DNA of 63,923 nt, the filler included. It is 4 parts of 4 records of this genome, joined end to end, with 100 filler letters (N's around TTAATTAATTAA, not from the genome) between each part and the next. Parts side by side here need not be neighbours in the genome. Positions count along the whole stretch, not along the records: positions 1 to 18,884 come from SRR20825006_1338; positions 18,985 to 34,228 come from SRR20825006_1340; 2 more parts are not named here. One strand, 5' to 3'. The notes under the pieces were generated by a model, which did not search any database, was not told the DNA's origin, and saw nothing but the letters and a program-made list of their open reading frames with translations. This document shows positions 10,286 through 20,992 of the stretch, piece by piece. The position numbers were made by a program, and so were the translations under genes. How positions within the stretch are numbered: position 1 is the first letter of the stretch; the number at the start of each line of letters is the position of its first letter.

Positions 10286-10945
10286 ATGTTTACCGGCATT
10301 ATCGAATCCATGGGCAAGGTGGCCGCCATGACCCCGAAAGGCGGCGATGTGACCTTGCTGATCAAGAGCGAAGGGCTGGACTTTTCCGATGTGCAGCTGG
10401 GCGACTCCATCGCAGTGAACGGCGTATGCCTTACCGCCACCGCGTTGCCTGGTGGTGCCTTTGAGGCGGATGTATCCGGGGAAACCCTGTCGCTGACCTC
10501 GCTGGCGCAAATCAGCGTGGGCAGCACGGTGAACCTGGAAAAAGCCCTGACTCCGTCCTCCCGACTGGGCGGCCACCTGGTCAGCGGTCATGTGGATGGC
10601 CTGGGCAAGATTGTCGAGATGAAGCAGGATGCCCGTTCGGTGCGTATCGATATCGAGGCACCGGCGGAGCTGGCCAGGTACATTGCCCACAAGGGTTCAA
10701 TCACCGTCGATGGCATCAGCCTGACGGTGAACAGTGTGGCCGGAGCGGTGTTTTCCCTGAACATTATTCCGCACACCCAGGAGGTAACCACCATCGGCCA
10801 ATGGCAGGTGGGGACGCCAGTGAACCTGGAAGTTGATATCATAGCCCGCTATCTGGAACGTCTGCTCCTGGGAGAGAAGGCCGCCGAGCCCACTTCCGAG
10901 GGGATTTCCATGGCGTTCCTGGCGGAAAACGGGTTTTTGAAATAA
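10286..10945 (+). CDS. ribC: Riboflavin synthase (alpha chain)
   Basis: MFTGIIE N-terminus, GDSIAVNGVCLT, VNLE repeats. Confidence 0.96.
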   Translation: MFTGIIESMGKVAAMTPKGGDVTLLIKSEGLDFSDVQLGDSIAVNGVCLTATALPGGAFEADVSGETLSLTSLAQISVGSTVNLEKALTPSSRLGGHLVSGHVDGLGKIVEMKQDARSVRIDIEAPAELARYIAHKGSITVDGISLTVNSVAGAVFSLNIIPHTQEVTTIGQWQVGTPVNLEVDIIARYLERLLLGEKAAEPTSEGISMAFLAENGFLK

Positions 10946-11017
10946 CGCTGCAGGCATTACGCAGACACGCATCATGCAGGCGTGTCGCGTGTTGCGTGCC
11001 AGCCTGAAGGCGGTTTT

Positions 11018-12127
11018 ATGCAACTCAACAGTATTGAAGAACTGATCGAAGATATCCGTCAGGGAAAGATGGTTATTCTGATGGACGATGAGGATAGGGA
11101 GAACGAAGGCGACCTGGTGATGGCGGCGGAGCATGTGACTGCTGAAGCCATCAACTTCATGGCCAAGTACGGCCGTGGTCTGATCTGCATGCCCATGTCC
11201 CGCGAGCGCTGTGAGTTGCTGGATCTGCCGTTGATGGTGCAGAGCAATGGCAGTGGTTTTGGCACCAAGTTCACGGTGTCTATTGAAGCCCGCGAAGGGG
11301 TGACCACCGGGATCTCTGCCGCCGACCGTGCCCGCACCGTGCAGGCGGCCGTAGCCCGCAATGCCCGCGCCTATGACATTGTTCAGCCGGGTCACATCTT
11401 CCCGCTGATGGCGGAGCCGGGTGGCGTGCTGCGCCGTGCTGGTCACACCGAAGCGTCCTGCGATCTGGCGGCGCTGGCCGGTTGTGAGCCGTCCGGGGTG
11501 ATCTGCGAAGTGATGAACGAAGATGGCTCCATGGCGCGCCGGGAAGACCTGGAAGTGTTCGCTGCAGAGCACGACTTGAAGATCGGCACCATCGCCGACC
11601 TGATCCAGTATCGCGCCCTGAACGAACAGACCATCGAGCAGGTGTCCGACCACGAGCTGGATACCTGGTACGGCGATTTTCGCCTGGTGGCGTTCCGCGA
11701 CACCGTGGACGGCTTGACCCACGTGGCGCTGGTGAAAGGTGACATCAGTGAAGACGAAGAAGTGACCGTACGGGTGCACCAGGTAGACCCGCTGCGTGAC
11801 CTGATGAGCGCCAAGATGAATGGCCGTACCGGGTGGAACATGCACCGGGTTCTGGAAACCGTCTCCCAGTCGGATGCCGGGGTGGTCATTATTCTGGGGC
11901 AGGATTACGCCTCCAACGATATCGTGGAGCGCCTGGATGCCTTCTTCGGTGGCACCGCAGGCAAGCCCAAGGGCGAATCCCGTGCCTACCGGAACATTGG
12001 CACAGGCTCCCAGATTCTGAAGGCGTTGGGCGTACGCAAAATGCGTTTGCTCAGCTCCCCCATGAAGTTCAATGCACTGAGTGGTTTCGACCTGGAAATC
12101 ACCGAGTACGTGGACGCGGATAGTTAA
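11018..12127 (+). CDS. ribB: DHBP synthase fused to a degenerate GTP cyclohydrolase II-like domain (RibBX type)
   Basis: [11 protein letters not shown] and RAGHTEA; C-terminal domain [11 protein letters not shown] lacks the Zn-binding cysteines. Confidence 0.92.
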   Translation: MQLNSIEELIEDIRQGKMVILMDDEDRENEGDLVMAAEHVTAEAINFMAKYGRGLICMPMSRERCELLDLPLMVQSNGSGFGTKFTVSIEAREGVTTGISAADRARTVQAAVARNARAYDIVQPGHIFPLMAEPGGVLRRAGHTEASCDLAALAGCEPSGVICEVMNEDGSMARREDLEVFAAEHDLKIGTIADLIQYRALNEQTIEQVSDHELDTWYGDFRLVAFRDTVDGLTHVALVKGDISEDEEVTVRVHQVDPLRDLMSAKMNGRTGWNMHRVLETVSQSDAGVVIILGQDYASNDIVERLDAFFGGTAGKPKGESRAYRNIGTGSQILKALGVRKMRLLSSPMKFNALSGFDLEITEYVDADS

Positions 12128-12206
12128 TAAGAGATGCTTCACGCTTTACGCATCGCGCAACACGCGTGAGGCGTGCCAGCGTGAAGCGTGTTAGCGAGGA
12201 TTAAAA

Positions 12207-12677
12207 ATGCAAAACATCAAGACTCTCGAAGGTACCCTGAGCAACGTCGGTGGCCGTTACGGTATTGTAGTGGCGCGCTTTAACAGCTTTGTGGTGGAGG
12301 CCCTGCTGGACGGTGCTGTTGATGCATTGGTGCGTCACGGAGTAAGCCGTGACGATATCGAAATTATCCGGGTGCCAGGTGCCTGGGAAATGCCGGTGGC
12401 CGTGAAAAAGGTTATCGAGAAGCGTAGTTACGATGCGGTGATTGCGTTAGGCGCGGTTATCCGCGGCGGTACCGCCCACTTCGAGTTCGTGGCCGGTGAA
12501 GCCGCCAAAGGGATTGCTTCCGTTCAGAACAGCACCGGCATCCCGGTGGCGTTCGGCGTGTTGACCGTGGACACCATTGAGCAAGCCATCGAACGTTCTG
12601 GCACCAAGGCCGGCAACAAGGGCGCGGAAGCGGCTCTGTGCGCACTGGAAATGGTTTCGCTGTTTAAAGCCTTGTAA
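12207..12677 (+). CDS. ribH: 6,7-dimethyl-8-ribityllumazine synthase
   Basis: [36 protein letters not shown]. Confidence 0.97.
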   Translation: MQNIKTLEGTLSNVGGRYGIVVARFNSFVVEALLDGAVDALVRHGVSRDDIEIIRVPGAWEMPVAVKKVIEKRSYDAVIALGAVIRGGTAHFEFVAGEAAKGIASVQNSTGIPVAFGVLTVDTIEQAIERSGTKAGNKGAEAALCALEMVSLFKAL

Positions 12678-12786
12678 GAGTACGCTTGAGGCAGAACGCC
12701 TGACGCCGGACACCGCCCTCTTTCCAGCCCTTCCCATTGATTGGTGAGGCGCAGGGAGAGGGCCGCTTTTATTTGTTGAGAACACT

Positions 12787-13236
12787 ATGAGCCAAAGCAG
12801 CCCCAGTGCCCGTCGCAAGGCGCGGCGTTTCACTCTTCAGGCCCTGTACCAATGGCAGCTGGCCGGCGCGGCAGTGAGCGATATTGAAGCCCAGTTTTTG
12901 GCGAACCAGGATTTTGCCAAGGTAGATCGTGAGTATTTTCATGATTTGCTGCACGGCGTGCTGGGGCAGGTTAAAGCCCTGGATGAACTGCTCACGCCGT
13001 ATCTGGATCGGAGGGTGGAGGAGTTGTCGCAGGTGGAAAAAGCGATTCTGCGACTGGGCGCTTTCGAGTTGAAAGAGCGCCAGGATGTGCCCTACCGGGT
13101 GGTTATCAATGAAGGCATCGAGCTGGCCAAGGTGTTTGGCGCGGAAGATTCCTTCAAATACGTTAACGGGGTGCTCGACAAGCTGGCCCGCCAGCTGCGT
13201 TACGCGGAAGCGTCGGAACGCCGTCCCCGTGACTGA
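12787..13236 (+). CDS. nusB: Transcription antitermination factor NusB
   Basis: [34 protein letters not shown]. Confidence 0.97.
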   Translation: MSQSSPSARRKARRFTLQALYQWQLAGAAVSDIEAQFLANQDFAKVDREYFHDLLHGVLGQVKALDELLTPYLDRRVEELSQVEKAILRLGAFELKERQDVPYRVVINEGIELAKVFGAEDSFKYVNGVLDKLARQLRYAEASERRPRD

Positions 13237-13297
13237 TATCTCCTGATAACGCTGGCTTGCCGTGCGTTCTGGCGGCAAGCCGCGTTATGCTTCTGTT

Positions 13298-14266
13298 ATG
13301 ACTGATCCCGCCGATTTCTCGCAACCGTCAGTGCAGCCCGCGCCTGCTCCCCTGGATGAATTCGCCCTGATTCGGCGGTATTTCCATCACCGTCAGGGCG
13401 AGTCCGTGGTGTTGGGGCCCGGGGATGATGGCGCCTTGCTGGTGCCTCCCGCCGGCCAACAGTTGGTGATGACCCAGGATACCAGTTTGGTGGATCGGCA
13501 CTTTCCGGCAGATATGGCGCCGGCGGATGTGGGGTACCGCTGTCTGGCGGTGAATCTCTCTGACCTGGCCGCCATGGGTGCAAATCCGCTCTGGTTTCTG
13601 CTTTCGCTGACCCTGCCGGAGGTAAATGAAGACTGGCTGGCTGAGTTTTCCCGGGGGCTGTTTGAACTGGCGGATCAGGCGGGAATCAGCCTGGTAGGCG
13701 GCGATATTACCCGTGGCCCGCTGGCGGTTTCCATTCAGGCCACGGGCTCCGTGCCGCCGGGGCTGGCGTTGCGGCGCGACGGGGCCCGGGTGGGGGACCA
13801 GATTTGCCTGGGGGGGGTCACCGGGGCCGGGCTGCTGGGGCTGGAGCAGTGGCAAGCCGGCCAGCGTCACGGGCCTGCCATCGGGCATTTCCGGCGCCCC
13901 CGCCCGCAATGGGAGCTGGGCATGGCCCTGCGCGGCCAGGCCAGTGCTTGTATCGATATATCCGATGGGGTGCTGGCGGATCTGAGCCATATCCTGCAGG
14001 CATCGGGGGGGCTGGGAGCGTGTCTTGATGAAGCGGCCCTGCCGGACGATCCTCCCGTGCTGGCCGGTTGCAGTGCCGATAAGCAGCGGGCCTTGCAGCT
14101 GCAGGGCGGCGATGACTATCTGCTATTGTTTACCCTGCCGGCCGCGCAGTCGGTGCCCGGAGGGTGCTATTGCCTGGGGCAGGTGGACGCCCAGCCGGGT
14201 ATTCGTTTGCGTCAGAGAAACGGGACGGTGGGTGCCCTGACGGTGGCCGGCTGGCAGCATTTTTGA
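13298..14266 (+). CDS. thiL: Thiamine-monophosphate kinase
   Basis: EFALI, GDDGA, NLSDLAAMGA, DISDG, GGDDY; start uncertain. Confidence 0.93.
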   Translation: MTDPADFSQPSVQPAPAPLDEFALIRRYFHHRQGESVVLGPGDDGALLVPPAGQQLVMTQDTSLVDRHFPADMAPADVGYRCLAVNLSDLAAMGANPLWFLLSLTLPEVNEDWLAEFSRGLFELADQAGISLVGGDITRGPLAVSIQATGSVPPGLALRRDGARVGDQICLGGVTGAGLLGLEQWQAGQRHGPAIGHFRRPRPQWELGMALRGQASACIDISDGVLADLSHILQASGGLGACLDEAALPDDPPVLAGCSADKQRALQLQGGDDYLLLFTLPAAQSVPGGCYCLGQVDAQPGIRLRQRNGTVGALTVAGWQHF

Positions 14267-14342
14267 CAAGAGCCGCCTGCACGCAACACGCGAACAATAC
14301 AAAATCATAGAGATTGCCGAGACAGAGCCCGCGAGGAATAAC

Positions 14343-14828
14343 ATGGAATTTCAACGCCCCAGTATGCGTAACCCGGTGCATTTCCTGGCTTTCGGCTTCG
14401 GCTCCGGGCTGGCTCCGATCGCGCCGGGCACTTTTGGCACGGTGGCGGCCATGCCGATCTGGTGGTTGTGTGCCCAGCTGCCTTTGTGGGGGTACCTGGC
14501 GGTGACGGCTGCGGTGATCGCCGTGGGGCCCTATCTGTGTGGCAAGACCTCTGACGATATGCACGTGCACGATCACCCGGGGATTGTCTGGGATGAGATC
14601 GCCGGCCTGCTGATTACCATGATTGCTGTGCCGATCACCCCCTGGGGGGCGTTGGCCGGCTTTGTGGCGTTCCGGGTGTTCGATATCATCAAGCCCTGGC
14701 CGATCGGCTGGCTGGATCGCCGGGTGGCCGGAGGCCTGGGAATCATGGTCGATGACTTGCTGGCAGGGGTCTATGCCGCGGCCGTGGTGCAATTGCTGCT
14801 CTGGCAATTTCCTGTCATCTTTACCTGA
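14343..14828 (+). CDS. pgpA: Phosphatidylglycerophosphatase A
   Basis: GFGSGLAPIAPGTFGT, VWDEIAG, FRVFDIIKPWPI, GIMVDDLLAG. Confidence 0.95.
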   Translation: MEFQRPSMRNPVHFLAFGFGSGLAPIAPGTFGTVAAMPIWWLCAQLPLWGYLAVTAAVIAVGPYLCGKTSDDMHVHDHPGIVWDEIAGLLITMIAVPITPWGALAGFVAFRVFDIIKPWPIGWLDRRVAGGLGIMVDDLLAGVYAAAVVQLLLWQFPVIFT

Positions 14829-14921
14829 TATCGTTTTGTCACTACCGCTGGCGCCAAAGGGATGGCGCTTCTGAAGGTTAACTTTTAACCTGCAGGGAGA
14901 TTCATTCGCAAAGGATTTGCA

Positions 14922-16160
14922 ATGTCAGACACTGATCCGCGCTCACGACGGGTGGTGGTCCCCGGGGTGCGCTGGTTGCGCTTTCCTCGACGCCTTGAAG
15001 GTGAATACAGGGAGTATCAGTGCCAGGAAGCGGTGAAAAGCTTCCGGGTTAATGCCTTCTATATCCTGCTGCTCTACATGCTGTTGATAACCGGCATTTA
15101 CGCGCTGGCACCGGAGCAGGTCCGGGGCTGGTGGTTGTCCACCTATATCTGGGTGGGGATCATTGTGCTGGTGGCTGGCTTGCTTGCCCAGGTGCGGGCA
15201 CTGGATCGTTATTTTCCTCTCTATGCCGGCATTGGCAGTTTTCTCGCTGTGGCCGTATCCGTGGCCATTCCCGGTTTTATGCGCGACAGCGGTTCCATCC
15301 AGCTGGCCCACGTCTCGGTGATTTATGCCCTCGTTATTGTCTACGCCATGGTTGGCCTGCGTTTTACCGTGGCGTCGCTGGCCGGTTGGGGCGGCGGGTT
15401 GGTGGGCGTGTTGATCGCGGAAAAGCTGGGGCAGGGGCTGGATTGGCAGGTCCTGCACCGTACCTATACCGGGATCAGCTTGCTGGGCATGTTCTTGTGC
15501 TATTCCACGGAAGTGCGCGACCGGCTGCTTTTTTTCAACCAACGCCAACTACTGCGCCAGCAGCGTCGCACCCAGGCACTGGCAGAGCGTCTGCACCGGT
15601 TGAGCCGGGAAGACAGCCTCACGGGCCTGGCCAACCGGCGTTTTTTTGATGAGGCCTTCGACAGAGAGTGGCGCCGCTGCAAACGCAACCGACAGCCACT
15701 GACCGTGATGTTGGTGGATGTGGATCGGTTCAAGGCCTACAACGACCATTACGGCCACCTGCAAGGGGATCTCTGCCTGCAGAAACTGGCGGCCGAGTTT
15801 CGCCGCTATAGCCGCCGCGGAGGGGATCTGGTGGCGCGCTTTGGTGGGGAGGAGTTCGTGTTGTTGTACCCGGAAACCGATGAAGTAGAAGCGCAGCAGC
15901 TGGCCTCCCGGCTCTGCCGGTCGGTGCGTTCACTGGCCATTCCCCATGCGGACAATCCGGAGATGCAGGAGGTGACCGTCAGTGTTGGGGCCGCGATGAT
16001 GATACCCGGTGACCGCCACAGCGCGGGGGACTTGCTGGAAGCGGCGGATCGCGCTTTGTATCTGGCCAAACAAGGGGGGCGGGACGACTGGCGGATGTAT
16101 GAAGCGCCGCCGCCGGTGCGGTTGGTCAAGGAGCGTAAAAATGACGAAGGGGAGCGGTAA
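14922..16160 (+). CDS. Membrane-bound diguanylate cyclase (GGDEF)
   Basis: N-terminal TM helices; DSLTGLANRR, DVDRFKAYNDHYGH, I-site RGGD, GGEEF. Confidence 0.9.
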   Translation: MSDTDPRSRRVVVPGVRWLRFPRRLEGEYREYQCQEAVKSFRVNAFYILLLYMLLITGIYALAPEQVRGWWLSTYIWVGIIVLVAGLLAQVRALDRYFPLYAGIGSFLAVAVSVAIPGFMRDSGSIQLAHVSVIYALVIVYAMVGLRFTVASLAGWGGGLVGVLIAEKLGQGLDWQVLHRTYTGISLLGMFLCYSTEVRDRLLFFNQRQLLRQQRRTQALAERLHRLSREDSLTGLANRRFFDEAFDREWRRCKRNRQPLTVMLVDVDRFKAYNDHYGHLQGDLCLQKLAAEFRRYSRRGGDLVARFGGEEFVLLYPETDEVEAQQLASRLCRSVRSLAIPHADNPEMQEVTVSVGAAMMIPGDRHSAGDLLEAADRALYLAKQGGRDDWRMYEAPPPVRLVKERKNDEGER

Positions 16161-16205
16161 TCGCTCCCCTTTGTCATTCTGTGTCAGCGCTGTTTGTCCG
16201 GGCGG

Positions 16206-18128
16206 TTAACGCTCGAGAGCTTCGCGCAGGGTCTGCTGACGGCTCAGGCGTTCGCGGATCTGGCGTTCAATGCCGTCAGCATCCAGCCCTGCTTCGGCCA
16301 GTAACACGTCCCGCTTGCCGTGGTGAATGAAGTGATCCGGCAGCGCCAGGTTGAGCACATCCGCCACCACACCTTCCGCGTGCAACAGTTCATTCACGGC
16401 AGAGCCGGCGCCCCCCATTTGCTGATGGTCTTCTGCAGTGACAAGCAGTGCGTGCCCGGCGGTGGCCTTGAGAATGGCGTCCCGGTCCAGGGGTTTCACC
16501 CAGCGCATATCCAGCACGGTGGCATTGAGTGCGTTGGCCGCTTCAAGCGCGGCTGGCACCAGTGCGCCAAAGGCCAGGATGGCAACTTGCTGGCCGTCGC
16601 GCAGGGTGCGGGCCTGGCCGATGGGCAGTGCGGTCATGGTGTCTTCGATGGTGGCACCGGTGCCGGTGCCGCGCGGGTAGCGCACGGCTGCGGGCCCTTC
16701 GTGCAGGTAGGCTGAGTAGAGCAACTGGCGGCACTCGTTTTCATCCGAAGGGGCCGCGATGATCATGTTCGGGACAGTGCGCAGGTAGGCAAGATCGAAT
16801 ACACCCCCATGGGTGGCGCCGTCTTCGCCCACCAGGCCGGCCCGGTCCAGACCGAAGGTCACGTCCAGTTCCTGCAGCGCTACATCGTGGATCAGCTGAT
16901 CATAGCCGCGCTGCAGGAAGGTGGAATAAATGGCCACCACCGGTTTTTGATTCTCACAGGCCAGGCCGCCCGCCAGAGTAACTGCGTGTTGCTCACAAAT
17001 GGCCACGTCATGGTAGCGATCCGGGAAGCGGCGGCTGAATTCCACCATGCCGGACCCTTCGCACATGGCCGGTGTGATGCCAACCAGACGTGGATCCTGC
17101 TCGGCCATGTCGCACAGCCACTGGCCGAAGATGTCCTGGTACTTGGGCAGCTTGGGTTTGCTGGGAACGGCCACCTGGACCTTGGGTTTGGGTTCGATCT
17201 TGTTGATGGCGTGGTAGCCCACCGGGTCGGCTTCAGCCGGTGCAAAACCTTTGCCCTTGGTGGTGTAGATATGCAACAGCTGCGGCCCTTCCAGGTCGCG
17301 CAGGTTGCCCAGGGTGCGGACCAGTTCGTCCACATTGTGGCCGTCGATAGGGCCGATGTAGTTGAAGCCGATGGCCTCGAACAGCATGTCCGGGCTGACC
17401 ATGTTCTTCATGCTTTCTTCGGTGCGGCGAATAAAATCCCAGGCCGCCGGCATGGTGGAGAGGACCTTCTTGCCGCCTTCGCGCAGGGCGATGTAGCTCT
17501 TGCTGGCCCAGATCCGGGCGAAGTAGTTGGATAGCCCGCCCACATTGTGGGAAATCGACATATTGTTGTCGTTGAGGATCACCAGCAGATTGGAGCGCGT
17601 ATGCGCTGCGTGGCTCATGGCTTCAAAGGCCTGGCCTGCCGTCATGGCACCGTCACCGATGATAGCCACGGCACGGCGGTCACTGCCGGCCATTTCCGCG
17701 CCCAGCGCCATGCCCAGTGCCGCGCTGATGGAAGTGGACGAGTGGCCCACACCGAAGGTGTCGTATTCGGATTCGCTGCGCTTGGGGAAGCCGGACAGAC
17801 CGCCCGCTTGGCGGATGCTGGTGAGCGATTCCCGGCGCCCGGTAAGAATCTTGTGGGGGTAGCACTGGTGGCCCACATCCCAGACCAGTTTGTCGTCCGG
17901 CGTGTGATACAGGTAATGCAGGGCGACAGTCAGCTCTACCACCCCGAGGCCTGCGCCGAAATGCCCGCCACACTGACCTACCGCGTAGAGCAGATATTCA
18001 CGTAATTCATCGACCACGCGCTCCAGTTGGGAGGCGGGCAGCTGCCGCAGGTCCGCAGGGCTGCTCAGGGTGTCCAGCAGCGGGGTATCGGGTCGCGTCA
18101 GCGGAATTTGTGTAAACGTCTTGGGCAT
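16206..18128 (-). CDS. dxs: 1-deoxy-D-xylulose-5-phosphate synthase
   Basis: [37 protein letters not shown]. Confidence 0.97.
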   Translation of the reverse strand: MPKTFTQIPLTRPDTPLLDTLSSPADLRQLPASQLERVVDELREYLLYAVGQCGGHFGAGLGVVELTVALHYLYHTPDDKLVWDVGHQCYPHKILTGRRESLTSIRQAGGLSGFPKRSESEYDTFGVGHSSTSISAALGMALGAEMAGSDRRAVAIIGDGAMTAGQAFEAMSHAAHTRSNLLVILNDNNMSISHNVGGLSNYFARIWASKSYIALREGGKKVLSTMPAAWDFIRRTEESMKNMVSPDMLFEAIGFNYIGPIDGHNVDELVRTLGNLRDLEGPQLLHIYTTKGKGFAPAEADPVGYHAINKIEPKPKVQVAVPSKPKLPKYQDIFGQWLCDMAEQDPRLVGITPAMCEGSGMVEFSRRFPDRYHDVAICEQHAVTLAGGLACENQKPVVAIYSTFLQRGYDQLIHDVALQELDVTFGLDRAGLVGEDGATHGGVFDLAYLRTVPNMIIAAPSDENECRQLLYSAYLHEGPAAVRYPRGTGTGATIEDTMTALPIGQARTLRDGQQVAILAFGALVPAALEAANALNATVLDMRWVKPLDRDAILKATAGHALLVTAEDHQQMGGAGSAVNELLHAEGVVADVLNLALPDHFIHHGKRDVLLAEAGLDADGIERQIRERLSRQQTLREALER

Positions 18129-18263
18129 AGGGTCATGCAGCCTGATGAGTGCAGGCCAGATAATGGCCAGTGGTCGCCAGTGGAACGCGGAGTAATCAGG
18201 GCGTACCGCCTTCCGCCTGAACCGCTAGTATAACTGTCTGGGGGGGTGGTCGTCAGTGCTGGA

Positions 18264-18884
18264 TCAGTGATTCCGGGTAATGATGTATTGCGCTAATTGT
18301 TGCAGCGGCAGGGCGCGTGGGCCATAGCCGGCCAGGGCTTGTTGCGCCTGGTCACACAGTTGCCGGGCGCGTTGCTGGCTTTGTTCCAGGCCGAGTAGGG
18401 ATGGGAAGGTGCTCTTTTGCAGCTTTTCATCGGAGCCGGAAGGTTTGCCGAGCTGTTCGGTGGCGGCGGTGATATCGAGGATGTCGTCCTGAATCTGGAA
18501 TGCCAGGCCAATGGCATCGCCAAAGTCGGTCAGGTTGCTGAGCAAGGCGGGATCGTCGTTTTCTGCCGCAAAGTACCCCAGCTGCAGGCTGGCGGTGATC
18601 AGGCGGCCGGTTTTCAGGTAGTGCATTTCTTCCAGCGCCGCCACGGTCTGTTGCTGGCCCTGGGCGAGCATGTCCTGCATCTGGCCGGCGGCCATGCCGT
18701 CTACGCCTGCTGCCTGGCACAGGTGTTGAATCAGGGCGATGCGGCTATCACTGCGGTAATCGCCATGGCAGGCCAGCAACTCGAAAGCGCGGGTGTGAAG
18801 GGTGTCGCCAGCGAGGATGGCGGTGGCTTCGTCGAAGGCCTTGTGGCAGGTGGCCTGGCCCCGGCGCAGGTCGTCGTCGTCCAT
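18264..18884 (-). CDS. ispA: Farnesyl diphosphate synthase, 5'-truncated by contig end
   Basis: MDDDDLRRG, FQIQDDILD, GKPSGSD; upstream of dxs. Confidence 0.92.
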   Translation of the reverse strand: MDDDDLRRGQATCHKAFDEATAILAGDTLHTRAFELLACHGDYRSDSRIALIQHLCQAAGVDGMAAGQMQDMLAQGQQQTVAALEEMHYLKTGRLITASLQLGYFAAENDDPALLSNLTDFGDAIGLAFQIQDDILDITAATEQLGKPSGSDEKLQKSTFPSLLGLEQSQQRARQLCDQAQQALAGYGPRALPLQQLAQYIITRNH

Positions 18885-18984
18885 NNNNNNNNNNNNNNNN
18901 NNNNNNNNNNNNNNNNNNNNNNNNNNNNTTAATTAATTAANNNNNNNNNNNNNNNNNNNNNNNNNNNNNNNNNNNNNNNNNNNN
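18885..18984. other. Artificial contig linker
   Basis: N44-TTAATTAATTAA-N44, stops in all six frames. Confidence 0.98.
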
Positions 18985-18985
18985 C

Positions 18986-19960
18986 TTGAAGCGTTTTCTG
19001 CTTGTTCTTGGCTTTTTATGCATCACCGCCGCGCTCACCATTGGTGGGGCGGCGGTGTATGTTTATGTGCAGTATACATCGCCCAGCAAGCTGGCACAGG
19101 GCAGTGATATTGTCATTCCGCAGGGTACCGGTGTTCGCGGGATTGCGGACATCTTTCGCCGCCAAAATATTATTCAGGAACCGCTTGTGTTTCTGCTTGG
19201 CGTCCGCATCGCCGGGCTTGATCGGGCATTGCGCGCAGGAGAATATCATTTTCCTGCGCGTGTCAGCCCCAAACAGGCCGCAGAAATTCTTGCGACCGGT
19301 GATACTGTAAAACGGTTTGTGACGATCCCTGAAGGGCTTCGCTCAAGCGAGATCGTCACCCGTATCAATCTTGTAGATGGGCTCATTGGTGAAATTTCTG
19401 ATGTTCCGCCTGATGGTATGCTTCTGCCAGAGACCTATCAGTTTTCGTTCGGTGATACGAAACAAAGCATCATTGATCGTATGGCAGCAGCACATGATGC
19501 GCTGGTAACCCAGTTATGGCCGGGACGAGAAGCCAATCTGCCATATGATACCATCGAAGAAGCGATTGTTCTGGCATCGATTGTGGAACGGGAAACCGGT
19601 GTTGCGGCGGAACGTCCACGTGTTGCGGGGGTTTTTGTCAATCGGCTCAGAATGAATATGCGTTTGCAGTCCGATCCGACGGTTGCTTATGCAATCAGCC
19701 CGGATAAACCGCTTGACCGTGCCTTGACACGCGCTGATTTGAAATTCGATAGTCCCTACAATACTTATGTGTCATCCGGGTTACCACCGGGACCGATCAC
19801 AAATCCCGGACGTGACGCGATCTATGCCGTTTTGCATCCTGCCGAAACTGACGAGGTTTATTTCGTCGCGGATGGAACGGGCGGTCATGCCTTTGCCCGG
19901 ACTTTGGACGAGCATAACCGCAATGTCGCGCGTTGGCGCCGCATCCGGGATCGCCAATAA
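18986..19960 (+). CDS. mltG: Endolytic transglycosylase MltG
   Basis: VTIPEG, LASIVERET, RLQSDPTVAY, SPYNTY, GLPPGPI; start lies at the contig edge. Confidence 0.95.
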   Translation: MKRFLLVLGFLCITAALTIGGAAVYVYVQYTSPSKLAQGSDIVIPQGTGVRGIADIFRRQNIIQEPLVFLLGVRIAGLDRALRAGEYHFPARVSPKQAAEILATGDTVKRFVTIPEGLRSSEIVTRINLVDGLIGEISDVPPDGMLLPETYQFSFGDTKQSIIDRMAAAHDALVTQLWPGREANLPYDTIEEAIVLASIVERETGVAAERPRVAGVFVNRLRMNMRLQSDPTVAYAISPDKPLDRALTRADLKFDSPYNTYVSSGLPPGPITNPGRDAIYAVLHPAETDEVYFVADGTGGHAFARTLDEHNRNVARWRRIRDRQ

Positions 19961-19979
19961 GTAACTGATTATCCCCGTT

Positions 19980-20804
19980 TTATTGACGCGGCTGTATATG
20001 TTCGGAAGTTGATGCCAGTCTTTGGCGCGTTTGGCTTTTCGATGCCTTTCGCGGGATACGCGATGCCGCCATGTCCAGCAGTGATTGCGGGACCATTTTC
20101 AGAACACCAACCAGAATGTTCATTTGCCAGGGAAACGCGATCATTCCCTTGTTCTTCGACAGGCCTTTATCAATCTTGATTGCTGCCTTGTTGGCCTGCA
20201 TGAAGAATGGCATGGGGAAGTCGTTGGCATCGGTAATGCGGCTTTTGACAAATCCCGGACAAATCACATTCACCTTTATCCCGAAGGGGGCAAGGGCACC
20301 CCGGAGTCCTTCGCCATACGTCCTTACGGCGGCCTTGCTGGCACAGTAAGCCGGGGCGGACGGAAGACCACGCCAAGATGCCTGCGATGAAACCATTGCG
20401 ATCTGGCCGTGCCCACGTGCGGACATGAAGGCGATGGCAGGATCAATCGTGTTGAGAACCCCCGCAACATTGGTTGCAAAAATATCGCGTACCTGATCGG
20501 GGGCTTCGCCCTCGCTGCCGGTTCCGGCTGAAATACCCGCATTGGCGATAATCAGGCTCAGCGGTGTAATCTGGTCGCATTTGGTAACATATTCAGCCAT
20601 CGTTTCGCGTTCGGTCACATCAAGCACATCGGCAAATACATTTGCCCCTGCCGCGCGGCATTCATTTTCGACCAGTTTCAAACGTGTTTGGTCCCGGCCG
20701 CTGATAAACAGGGTGACCCCGGTGCGGGCATAGTGACGCGCAAGGGCGGCCCCGATGCCCGAGCTGGCACCGGTAATCAGGATGGCGTGGTATTGCAGTG
20801 ACAT
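19980..20804 (-). CDS. SDR family oxidoreductase
   Basis: TGASSGIG, ANAGI, YCASK. Confidence 0.9.
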   Translation of the reverse strand: MSLQYHAILITGASSGIGAALARHYARTGVTLFISGRDQTRLKLVENECRAAGANVFADVLDVTERETMAEYVTKCDQITPLSLIIANAGISAGTGSEGEAPDQVRDIFATNVAGVLNTIDPAIAFMSARGHGQIAMVSSQASWRGLPSAPAYCASKAAVRTYGEGLRGALAPFGIKVNVICPGFVKSRITDANDFPMPFFMQANKAAIKIDKGLSKNKGMIAFPWQMNILVGVLKMVPQSLLDMAASRIPRKASKSQTRQRLASTSEHIQPRQ

Positions 20805-20992
20805 GGTTGCTCGTGATCCCGTTGGACGTGTTCCGAATTGTTCGCGCGGAACATGGGACAGCATTAGGGCAGCATTATGAAATGCGGGCAATAACTGTCT
20901 GTCTTGATGATTGATCATCAAACGACAATCCTTGGCGCGCCGAGGAACAACCGTTATAAACGGGCAACCGACAATTCAGACTGGATAAGAAT

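Noticed and set aside
10697-12142. 481-aa minus-strand ORF
   Set aside because: Shadow of ribC/ribB.
8440-12206. FMN riboswitch in the rib operon
   Set aside because: No conserved FMN aptamer sequence is recognisable in any spacer.
18929-18940. TTAATTAATTAA repeated three times in the window
   Set aside because: Assembly linker embedded in Ns, not biological.
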